Below are positions 36,868 through 46,752 of a stretch of DNA of 64,000 bases, one piece after another. Both the position numbers and the translations under genes were made by a program. The first letter of the stretch is position 1. Every line of letters begins with the position of its first letter. Source of the stretch: Neoechinorhynchus agilis (taxonomy: Eukaryota; Animalia; Acanthocephala); NCBI GenBank assembly GCA_051530055.1, contig CM121341.1, forward strand, positions 3,755,761-3,819,760. Direction: 5' to 3'. Below the pieces are notes generated by a model. It saw only the letters and a program-made list of their open reading frames with translations, had not been told where the DNA came from and ran no database searches.

Positions 36868-39606
36868 TCAGATTACTTTATACATTCTTTTTAATAGAAA
36901 TTCCAATAGAATGTTCTTTTGCCTGACGAACTCAGGATCGTTAACTATCTTAGACGACAAAAGCACCGACGCTGCATGGCGAAAAAGACCCATTTCAACC
37001 AATCCCATCGCTAAAACCGGAACCACAGCACTGTGTTCATCCGGATAATTAACAAGAACTTGTTTGCAACCAACTAGAAATTCCTCATAATATCCAGACC
37101 GCATATTAACCCTTAGAACGCCCAAAGCGCACAAAATCGAGTCATCGAAGTGCTTTTTATAAATCTGAAGGGCAAGCTCCAGATTATTTTGAATTTCTTG
37201 ATAGATACCACGAATGAAATTCCATATTTCACCTGTATCATCGAAAAAGTATCCATAAGAGTTTACGGCTTTCAATGCCAATTTGAACCTGGGACTTTTG
37301 GCAACATCACCAATATCTGTTCCCAAATACAAAGTCCTTTTGACTGATTCAGTAATGGATCTTATATACTTGATTGAGTATAAAGCATAGAATGGTATGT
37401 TTAGTCTATTACTAACATTAGCCGGATAAATCTCCTTATTCTTGGACAAAATGTGTTCAATCTTTTCAAGACTATCATTAAAATCATTGTCTCCAATGAT
37501 TAAAGCCATGTCGCTTCTGACGAACATTTTAGCATATCGTGCGAATAAATCTCGAATCCTCGGGTATTTATCGCGCAATGAGTTGAAATGAGCGTAACCG
37601 AACAAACAAGCTCGTTGCCGATAGTTTAGGCGAAAACATTGGTTAAGTGCATAAATTATCAACCGATTGCATGGGTTTTGTTTTCTTTGTTTTTCTATAA
37701 CCGCCAATAGATACCATGAAGCATAATTCTTACTGGAGTAGTTCAACGATAAAAAGCATGCCATCAAAGCTTTATTATAATCTTTCAATTCGAGATAAGC
37801 ACGAGCAATTGACGTATAAATCGCGGAACTGGATTCGCTGCATTCGTTTAGAACTGATTCGACTTTTTCAATTGTTTCTAAAAGCTTCTCACGATATGTT
37901 GACTTTTTAGAAAGTCGATAAAGAACTGTAAGCACCAAAATGTTCGCGTTCAACAGCGGAAGCGAATTTACGTCTCCAATAATAACTTCTTTTAGCATTA
38001 ATTCGATTCTGTCAAGGTTGTAATTCGATTGTAACATTAAAACGATTTTACGGTATGTGCAATGAGCTCTGTTGAAACGAGTTAAATTGCTCGGTCCATA
38101 CAAAGAATCGATTTGGTCGCAAACGTTAATCGCAACCTGGAATTCCTTGGCTCTTCGCAGTTCTACCAAGTATCGGCGCTGGCATAGATCACAACTCCTT
38201 GCGGAATCATATAGAATTTGTGTGAGAGAAACTCGATTATGATCGGTTGCGTTTTCTAGATCTAAAATAAGTTTACGTTCAGCACGTAAATGACACTGGG
38301 GATTCAATAGAGCCGAAATATTTGCAGCGTTTCGATCATCCTGAGAAATATTCTTGTCCATTTTAAACCAATCACGACAGAGTTCAGCTCCACGGTTCAA
38401 GACTTCATTCAGAATTTTAACGGCTTCTTGGTAATGACTGGTTTGCGCAAGTGTTCGTGCCATACCCATCTGAGCAATTAAAGAATTAGGATTTCGTTTG
38501 AGCGCTTTTGAAAACATATCGTACGCTCGTCTTATAAGTATTTGTCTGTCACTTTGATCAATAAAAACGTCATCAAGAGCAATAAAGCCAAGTAGACTTA
38601 AAGGTTCATGACTGAATTTCATTGAATTCTTGTAAGCTTCTATGATTTTAACTCGCATTTCACCCTTTTTAGAACTGAAGCGAGATCCCCACGCCATCAT
38701 CCGGAGCTGATGAACACAAAGATCACTGCAATCTTCGACCGAATCATTGTCAAGAGTGCCTAGAAACAGTTTTACAAGATAATTTTGATACGGTGTCAGT
38801 TTTGCCTCAGGTAAAAACTGAAGAAGGAGTACTTTGAGATGAACTAGAGACATAGCTTGACTGATTATTGCTTCAAACATTCCAAAACTGGACATATTAG
38901 CCACCGTGAGCAGGGTTGCTTTCCCGTCCAAGAGTTGAATTCGTTCTTGATTTCGCTGGTATAACGGAATATCAAGTGGAGTTTGACTTTGGAAAAATTT
39001 TGCGCTGGTCACCATGTCTCTATCGAGACACTCATTCGTGATGAGCACACAAACCAATGGATCCAGTGTTTTTGGATTCAATTGCGGGCACAAGTTTCCT
39101 GAGTTGAACAAAAACTTCACAGCTTTTTCATAGTCACATTGAGCCATAAACTTGTGATTAACGAGGGATTTTATGAAAGATACTTCGGATAGAATTTTAC
39201 AGCAACATGAATCGTTCGCAAAGGCTATTGCATCCACTAAGACTTTTGAAACGATATTCAATTCAAGGCAAGCTCCACCTTGAAACCTCTGTTGATCTCG
39301 GATATAATCATGGATAAGGAAATGAACTACACGGGCAAGCAGTATTGAATATTTGTCCTTTTGAAATTTCCATATCATTGACAACATTTGTCTTGCTTTT
39401 GAATCCGCAGTGGTTGTGTATGGACCTAGAAACTTATTCAAGTTTCCTTCATTTTCAATGTGCATCATCAATTTCTGAATAACTTCCAAATCGCGAGACA
39501 TCTTTAATGGCGAAAAGTGAATTAACTTACTGATTTGACAAGGAAAAGGAGACGTGGAAGTCGATCTTTCAATAATAACCGCATCTTGGTAGAGAAAAGT
39601 CTTCAA
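36868..39606 (-). CDS. TPR protein, copy 2
   Basis: 6 amino-acid differences from copy 1 over 877 aa; frame stays open 35 codons upstream of the ATG (to a TTG). Confidence 0.8.
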   Translation of the reverse strand: MKTFLYQDAVIIERSTSTSPFPCQISKLIHFSPLKMSRDLEVIQKLMMHIENEGNLNKFLGPYTTTADSKARQMLSMIWKFQKDKYSILLARVVHFLIHDYIRDQQRFQGGACLELNIVSKVLVDAIAFANDSCCCKILSEVSFIKSLVNHKFMAQCDYEKAVKFLFNSGNLCPQLNPKTLDPLVCVLITNECLDRDMVTSAKFFQSQTPLDIPLYQRNQERIQLLDGKATLLTVANMSSFGMFEAIISQAMSLVHLKVLLLQFLPEAKLTPYQNYLVKLFLGTLDNDSVEDCSDLCVHQLRMMAWGSRFSSKKGEMRVKIIEAYKNSMKFSHEPLSLLGFIALDDVFIDQSDRQILIRRAYDMFSKALKRNPNSLIAQMGMARTLAQTSHYQEAVKILNEVLNRGAELCRDWFKMDKNISQDDRNAANISALLNPQCHLRAERKLILDLENATDHNRVSLTQILYDSARSCDLCQRRYLVELRRAKEFQVAINVCDQIDSLYGPSNLTRFNRAHCTYRKIVLMLQSNYNLDRIELMLKEVIIGDVNSLPLLNANILVLTVLYRLSKKSTYREKLLETIEKVESVLNECSESSSAIYTSIARAYLELKDYNKALMACFLSLNYSSKNYASWYLLAVIEKQRKQNPCNRLIIYALNQCFRLNYRQRACLFGYAHFNSLRDKYPRIRDLFARYAKMFVRSDMALIIGDNDFNDSLEKIEHILSKNKEIYPANVSNRLNIPFYALYSIKYIRSITESVKRTLYLGTDIGDVAKSPRFKLALKAVNSYGYFFDDTGEIWNFIRGIYQEIQNNLELALQIYKKHFDDSILCALGVLRVNMRSGYYEEFLVGCKQVLVNYPDEHSAVVPVLAMGLVEMGLFRHAASVLLSSKIVNDPEFVRQKNILLEFLLKRMYKVI

Positions 39607-40429
39607 TAAAGGATGAACTTAAAACAATCTTGTCCAAAATTCAATTTAAAAATTAAAGAGCAATGTTCCTCGGTTTTTGGGGAATAAAAATATTTCGGAT
39701 CGCTGGATAAGGAACTTCATCCTTTCGAGGCTACGATTGCCTTATAAGTCGGTTTGGAACCGTGAACATTACTAGGCAAAAAGGACACTGGCAAAAGTCT
39801 TCAACTGTGATCCAGAATCAATGGTTACAAAACGACGGAACCCTACGGAATAGTAGTCCAGTGTCCGCTGCAAATTCGAGTCTCAGCGTCATCTCAGCTT
39901 CTAGTTTTTCTATGGACCATTAATATTTGTGGCCACCCAAGAGTTTTGGGAATTAATTTTCTCATTTTTTCTGGTGGAAATCAATACATTGAATAAAATT
40001 GATTTGACCCATTATTTAAGAACACATAGACGAAAAACCACGACTAATCCGAAGTGATAAACGATAATGGCGATCGACGACTTATTTTGTTGTCTTTTGA
40101 AAATCGCATACCGCCTTAAAAATAAACATTCGTAAGTGCGAACCTAAACAAACAAACAACAATATACATAAAAGTAATTCCCACAAATGACGTCACCATT
40201 CTGGAAGAAATAGTTCCGTTTTGACCATTAAAGATTAATCAAAGAATTTGTAGATATTTGTTCATTTTTATTGATAATTGATCGAGATTTCTATTAACAG
40301 ATCAATACAATAACTTGCAACGTTTCCTTCGGTAATTTTAAATACGCGGTATAAAAACGAAAGAAATAATTGCAATCTATTTGTGGCCTTTTTAAAATGG
40401 TTGATGGTTTTTCATTGGGCATCAAAACA

Positions 40430-40710
40430 GGCAGAGTTTGCACATTCCGTACTCGTGATGAGGTGGTCAAGTGGACTAATGCCCGTGATCCCAGTTACGG
40501 ATCAACTGGTCCGAATCCGTTACCGTCAATGACGCACAACCAAAGGGGACGAAATACCTTGATGAAGGGAGTCCTGCCTTCAGGTGGTATCTGTGGATCC
40601 GGAGGAATTTACAAACTCATGACCGTGTGGTTCAGGATATTAAGCGTGATTTAATGCGCTTCTCTGGATCAGATCGGTGGGCCGTGTGCCCAAGGAAAAA
40701 TTATCAGCCA
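40430..40710 (+). mobile_element. tRNA-derived SINE-like element, diverged copy with the hammerhead CUGAUGA strand deleted
   Basis: A-box TGGTCAAGTGG 40464-40474, B-box-like GGTCCGAATCC 40508-40518, GGGACGAAATACC 40546-40558, GGTATC 40586-40591; reverse-complement homologue of about 46200-46490. Confidence 0.8.
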
Positions 40711-40899
40711 TGAAAAAGGGCCACAAATGAACTTTTTTAACCACTTAATTTGAATGTTTCACACTTTTAAAATTGAAGTGCTTCTAAATGATCGCGACTG
40801 AAAAGGACGCTCCGTAGACCATTCACTACTCCTCTAGTTTTGTTCCGATTTCGGTATAAACGCGGGGTAGATCCACTGGCTCTAATCTTATCTTTAAAA

Positions 40900-41770
40900 C
40901 TAGCAATAATACATTCAGGGTTGATCACCCTCCTCGATCATCGAATTCTTCGCTAATGGCGTCCCTAAAGGTGCCGGCTTGTCGCCACTTCTTTTCAATA
41001 TGTTCTCCAACGAATTTAAACCTCTCTCGCCACATTCTAAACTTTTATTATATGTCGACCACCAATCACAAAACCCACCTGAATTTCTCTGATTGCTTCG
41101 AAATTATCCCTTCATTATCCCGCAAGCCCACACCCTCTCCCGAGCTTCTAAATGACATCCTACGAGTCACCTCCCTAGGAATTCTTAGTGCCCATTTTCA
41201 ATCAAATCTGAAATAGGACTCGCACATCACTCTCTCCCTCAAACGCAATGCCTTTAGAGTTTATCGCATCGAACGCCTCCCCCATTTAGGAGTCTCTTTG
41301 CCCGATTGCAACCTGTCCAAATTACAAATCCGTCGCCTTGAAACGTTTCATAGAACAGCCTCTAAAATTTGCGCGCCTTTATAGAATTTTCAAAAAAAAC
41401 AAACAAAGCGCCTCTCAACCCTACCACCATAATTTTTACCATACTCTCCATTCAGAACCTCGGATTTATTCGTATTAAACCAATACGTTTAAATTTATTT
41501 GTCTTTTTGAACTTACGAGCATAACACTCGTAATACCAATTCATTTCGTCCTCCCTTGACCTCGCACCTCCCTATACCTACGCTCCTTTTTCCATGCGGC
41601 CCAATCTTCTCTCGGATATCATAACTTGAAATGATTCTGAGGAAAGACCAACCTTACAAGTTCTCCTGCAAACCATAACCAACAATTCCCACCAGAGCGG
41701 CCCTTCCAACTCGACCGGGTATTCCCACCCGGACGAACCCGTAATCCACTCATCTGAACCCAAGTATTTT
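40900..41770 (+). mobile_element. Degenerate L2/CR1-like LINE (RT motif to 3' end)
   Basis: NGVPKGAGLSPLLFNMFSNEFKPLSPHSKLLLYVD; 3' part near-identical to 19739-20320. Confidence 0.8.
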
Positions 41771-43200
41771 TAGGACGCATATCTCAAAGCTAAAATTGAT
41801 ACAAACATCTATTTGAATAATTCATTTGAGATTTTGCCCTTAATCTTTGTTTTAAATCGATTTTTATGCCTTAAAAAGTAAACACGCATTTGAGGTTGCT
41901 ATTCCCCTCACGAGTTACGCCAAAATCAAGACGAACCAATTTATCGACATTTGCTTGCGAAATTTAAAATAATTTACTAAAAAGTATCGAGATTTTGGTC
42001 GTGACGTTATTCTTAAAAAGCAAATGATTAAGAACGCCGTATATTTTGTAATTCAACTTTACCAATTTTACTCAACTGACTTAACAATACAAAATCTATT
42101 CAATTACCTTTAACGAACAATCTTGAAGTATTTATTCGTTTTCTCGTGTCATTATTTTTAAAATTTAAAGTCCTTAATAAGCGTGGACCATGAAAGTTTG
42201 ACGTTTCGCTTCGTAAATTGCTCGCATATCGTAATTAATTAGTTTTTTTCCAGGTCCCATTAATTGAACAGCGAGGCATTGACGGTGGAACAGGACTTTG
42301 CAACTAGGACATTGAAAGCCATTCTAAACGTGCGGCGTAGACGGAACTAAGATGTGTTGTGAAAAAAATAACTAGCGGGCCATTTAAAATTTTATCCTTA
42401 ATACCAACTGTATTGTTTTCACAGTCTAAACCAACCTCATTTATTTTACAGATTAGATAGCTAGGAATCGCCAAAGGAATCAGCGAAGTTATTAAAAGCA
42501 TTTTCACTTCAAATAAAACTGTGCTAATTTTAAGTATTTTCGAACCTTAAAAATTCGCGGATATTAGCGTTTCAATGCGACTTACCTGGAATTAAAAAGG
42601 TTTAAAAAGTTGAAATTCAAACTTATCGTCTCCAACCGTTCATTTGAAAGTTCGATAGGAAAACAAAGGTTTATCTTAGCACCATTGCTTTATTTATAAA
42701 GCTTTTTGCATTATCACATTCCCACAAATTCTTTTTCTCAATTCGAATTATTTTAATTTTATTATAAATTGCCGGGCGTTAAATATTTCAATAATTACAT
42801 TGCAGTTTGTAATCTACCCAAATGTTTTACACTCCTTTACAAAATGACTTGTGATTAATACTTTCAAACCTAGGGAAGATGCAAGTAAAAAGAACATTTC
42901 TAAATATATCAACTGGAATTATCAAGCATCGCCCAGACAACAAAATAGTCTATTTTTTGAAGTAAAGAATAATTGAACTTAGTGCGAATGTTATTTCAGC
43001 ATTCACTTTATTAAAGTATGCCAGTTATTTCTTTGTAAGTTATCCGAAATATATATTTATCAATTAATTCTTTAAAGTCACGACGAAATGATTCTCGCTT
43101 GAATACATAAAATCTTTCAGTTTTAACTCAATAACAAAATTCTCAGCCGGCTCAAAGACAAAGAACTTTTTTGAAAGTATCGATACTTCAGTTAATACTC

Positions 43201-45129
43201 TTAGAGATCGTAAATTAGTTCAATACTTGTATTATACATTTTTATTGTTTGCAAAGATTGATGATCCTTGAAAGGTTTATTGTGAAATTGGCGTATCGGA
43301 TTGCTGGAAATATTAAGAATTTTTAGACTTCTGAGATCGGACAAGTGATGGGATGGAAATAGCGAGAATCCATTATTTGCCATACGAAGGTAAATGAGTC
43401 TATCAAGACCGTAAAATAAGTGAAAAACGTCAATATCTTTCAATTGATTATTGGCAAGGTCGAGCATTCTTAACAGGGGGGTATTTCTAAATGCCCGAGG
43501 AGCTATTTTCTCAATCCGATTAAACTGTAGACAAAGAAATTCAAGAGTTTTCAAGTCTTCGAAATCGTCGTAATTGATTGCCGATATCTCATTGTTACTC
43601 AAATCGACTGAGAACGCATTACCACGGATAAAGAGTCGAACATCTTGTATTCGGGTCAAGTTTTTTCCAGCAAGCGAAGTAAAATTTTCTGTATGATTAT
43701 AGACTGTAATCACATCGTCTACACCAGCAGCTATTTGTATCGGTTCAGGCATATATCTGGCAAGACCGCGTAACCCAAAATATGTATGCGTTCTGTTTCT
43801 AGGGTTATCGTATATTAGAACATTAAAGGGATTATTTTTTACCAGACAATAATCGATCGTTTTGGAACCCAGTCGATGTACATCAATGCCTGTCATAGGG
43901 GTGTCTGATACGTCCAAGTACCGTAAATGTTTAACGTTTTTAAAAACGCCATCATCGAAAACATAAAGATTAGTATTTGCTAATATGAGTTTTTGAAGTA
44001 ATTCGTTGTTTCGAAAAATTCCCGTCGGAAGCACGGTCAAATCGGAATTTTGTCCGAGATTAAGTACTTCAAGTTTTTTCAGTGGAAAAAATGCATCCTT
44101 GTATATCCGCACGATTCCGTTCGATGACATGTCCAATTGGGTAACATTTGTCCACGAATCGAAGTAATTAGAGCGAATTATTCCTATACGATTTCTTTTT
44201 AGAATCAACGTTTCCGTCCGATTGTTTCCACGTGGTACTTCTCCAAGATTTGAGCCCAAAATCTTCACAACTTTGACTTTTGGCATTCTGGCTAGAATTG
44301 TTGAATTCAAACTGTGAGCGATTCCACCGTGTACAATAAATTCCTCCATATTTTCGAATTGAAATTCCTCTTCAAACAATTTGTTTAAATCTGCTCGGTA
44401 TGAAAATTCCAAGATTTTAAGATTCTCTTGTTTTGCTAATTGACTCAAATTGATCTCATTTAAAGGATTAGCATCGATCCGTATATTTTCCAGTCTTCTA
44501 AAATTGAATTCATTGGTTAGCACGAATCGTTGGATTATATTATCCGACAAATCCAAAAGCTTCAAACTTTTCATCTTCTCCACAACTTTGAGGCAATCAT
44601 TACGCAAACCATTACCGGACAGTTGTAACGATTGAAGATTGTAAAGATCTACATGCATATTCAAACCCAATCGCCACAAATTATTTATACTCAAATCTAG
44701 ATGGTTCAAATTGTCAAAACCTTCAAACGCATCATCTTCGATATATCCAAATGCTGCATTTTGGATTTGAAGTCTTCTAGAATGCCTGAATTTATGTATA
44801 AGAGATTTCGTAATGGTAATACTCTCGTCTATATTCCTCCTGCAATATATCGATACGTCCGCGACGTTTGGAAGGATGTGATCATAACTGCTTACAATGT
44901 CGTAGAAAAAGGCAAATTTTATTTTGATTCGGCTGATTGAACTGTTTCTTTCTATCTTATTCAAAACACTTGATAGTGAGTTGCTGGATCTAATTGTTGA
45001 GCTCACAATGTTCATTCCGTCGTATTTTGTGTATTGAAGCGACCATTCATTATGCACATCATTACTATAGCAAAGGTCGGATCCGTAGATTAGAAAGAGT
45101 AAAGCTTTCACGGTGGACAAAAATACCAT
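43201..45129 (-). CDS. Extracellular LRR protein, copy 2 (642 aa)
   Basis: Paralogue of 21749-23680 with about 22 amino-acid differences including one 1-codon indel. Confidence 0.9.
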   Translation of the reverse strand: MVFLSTVKALLFLIYGSDLCYSNDVHNEWSLQYTKYDGMNIVSSTIRSSNSLSSVLNKIERNSSISRIKIKFAFFYDIVSSYDHILPNVADVSIYCRRNIDESITITKSLIHKFRHSRRLQIQNAAFGYIEDDAFEGFDNLNHLDLSINNLWRLGLNMHVDLYNLQSLQLSGNGLRNDCLKVVEKMKSLKLLDLSDNIIQRFVLTNEFNFRRLENIRIDANPLNEINLSQLAKQENLKILEFSYRADLNKLFEEEFQFENMEEFIVHGGIAHSLNSTILARMPKVKVVKILGSNLGEVPRGNNRTETLILKRNRIGIIRSNYFDSWTNVTQLDMSSNGIVRIYKDAFFPLKKLEVLNLGQNSDLTVLPTGIFRNNELLQKLILANTNLYVFDDGVFKNVKHLRYLDVSDTPMTGIDVHRLGSKTIDYCLVKNNPFNVLIYDNPRNRTHTYFGLRGLARYMPEPIQIAAGVDDVITVYNHTENFTSLAGKNLTRIQDVRLFIRGNAFSVDLSNNEISAINYDDFEDLKTLEFLCLQFNRIEKIAPRAFRNTPLLRMLDLANNQLKDIDVFHLFYGLDRLIYLRMANNGFSLFPSHHLSDLRSLKILNISSNPIRQFHNKPFKDHQSLQTIKMYNTSIELIYDL

Positions 45130-45624
45130 CTAAGTTAGAGAGATCTAAAAAACTTTATGGTTTGCTTTTATATGCAAGGTGGATTTAAAGCGTCAAATTT
45201 GATGAATCACGTGAAAAAGCATTGCATCATTTCTTGTTGTAAATAAAAACTCAATTGAGTTTAGGCTTCTCTTTTGACAACGAAGACATTTCATGGTCCA
45301 TTTAGATACCGCGAGGTTTTGTGATTTAGACCAACTACGATGATCGCTATCCAGACGTTCAGTATACAATGAACTACGTTGAATATCTTTGAATAAGTCC
45401 AAACGCGATGATGCTTTCATATATCTGTCGCTTTCTTTAAAAAGAACCTAACATTTTAAACTTGACTGGAGATGAAAACTACAGGACCTAATTACGCCCC
45501 TTAAATTTGAAATAAACGGTTTATATCAAAGTTAATTCTATAGGTCTACGCAACTCGCACAAGTTCGTCGTTAATCGAATTCGGCCCTAGATCGAAGAAG
45601 ATGGATGATGGCGATTCATTGAAC

Positions 45625-46155
45625 AAACTCCACCCGAATTTCTCTAAATGCTTCGAAATTATCCTTTAATGACATCCTACGAGTTACCTTTCAAAGAACT
45701 CTGGGTCTCCGATTTCAATCAAACTTGAAATTGGACTCGAACATCACTCTTTTCCTCAAGCTCAACATCTTTAAAATTTATCTCCTCAAACGCTACCGAC
45801 ATCTAGGAATCCCTTCACCCGATCTCTACAAATTTTACTTCTGCTTTATTTTGCTTTTCCTCACCTACGATTATGCCGTATTTTGCAACATTTCCAATCT
45901 CAAAACCGCCGTCTTGAAATTATTCATAAAAGAGAATCTAAAATTTGCGCAGCTGACTTTTCCGCCTCTCACCGAATGCTTTGATGCTATTTTCATAAAG
46001 CAATCAAAACGCCTCAAATCCTACCACAACAATTTTCACCACATTTTATTCTCTTTTTCACATGATCACAACACTCGTAATCTCAATTCGTTTTGCCTAC
46101 GCTCCTTTTTCCATGCTGCTAAATCTTCCCGGATATCATAACTTGAAATTCGAAT
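45625..46155 (+). mobile_element. L2/CR1-like LINE 3' fragment (chimeric)
   Basis: Left part follows the 24.2k copy; right part follows the 34.0k copy, sharing its deletion and its end ...ACTTGAAATTCGAAT. Confidence 0.7.
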
Positions 46156-46490
46156 GAAGATTGGCCAGCCGGTAACTTCTATCGATGTGTGGCCTATTAT
46201 GACACGGCTGTTAATTTTTGGGCACACAGCCCACCGACCTGGTTCGGAGTAGTAATTCAATTAATCAATGCGCTGAACCATCCGGTACGAGTTTGTACAT
46301 TCCTCCGGATCCTCAGATACCTCCAGGAGGCGGGACTCATCAGTGAGTTTCCTCCCTTCAGCGGTATTTCGTCCCTTTTGGTTGTGCGTCATTGGCGGTA
46401 ACGGATTCGAACAACTTGACCCTTAGTCGGGATCACGGGCATTAGTTCACTTGACCACCTCGACACAACTACGGAATGTACAAACTCAGC
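46155..46490 (-). mobile_element. tRNA-derived SINE-like element (about 335 bp) containing a permuted hammerhead ribozyme
   Basis: A-box TGGTCAAGTG (46457-46448), B-box GTTCGAATCC (46412-46403), no internal TTTT on the sense strand, hammerhead core downstream. Confidence 0.8.
46312..46375 (-). ncRNA. Hammerhead ribozyme core with non-circularly permuted strand order
   Basis: GGGAC-GAAA-TACC (46375-46363), CTCA-CTGATGA-GTCCC (46347-46332), GGTAT-C-TGAG (46321-46312); all conserved core nucleotides present; stems I/II/III of 4/5/5 bp. Confidence 0.75.
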
Positions 46491-46537
46491 CAATTTTATA
46501 TTTATTAATTCAAGGCCATTGAATTAGGATTTTTTTA

Positions 46538-46752
46538 TGAAGATTGGCCAGCCGGTAACTTATGTCGATGTGTGGCCTATTATGACACGGCTGTTAATTT
46601 TTGGGCACACAGCCCACCGACCTGGTTCGGAGTAGTAATTCAATTAATCAATGCACTGAACCATCCGGTACGAGTTAGTACATTCCTCCGGATCCTCAGA
46701 TACCTCCAGGAGGCGGGACTCATCAGTGAGTTTCCTCCCTTCAGCGGTATTT
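46538..46752 (-). mobile_element. 5'-truncated second copy of the same SINE-like element, ending in a short A tract
   Basis: Near-identical to 46155-46369 at offset 383; similarity stops inside the GAAA strand; followed by A7 on the minus strand. Confidence 0.85.

Noticed and set aside
40450-40530. Functional tRNA gene (also at about 46395-46465)
   Set aside because: A- and B-boxes are present but there is no proper acceptor stem or anticodon arm, and it is embedded in a longer dispersed repeat, so it is called a SINE head.
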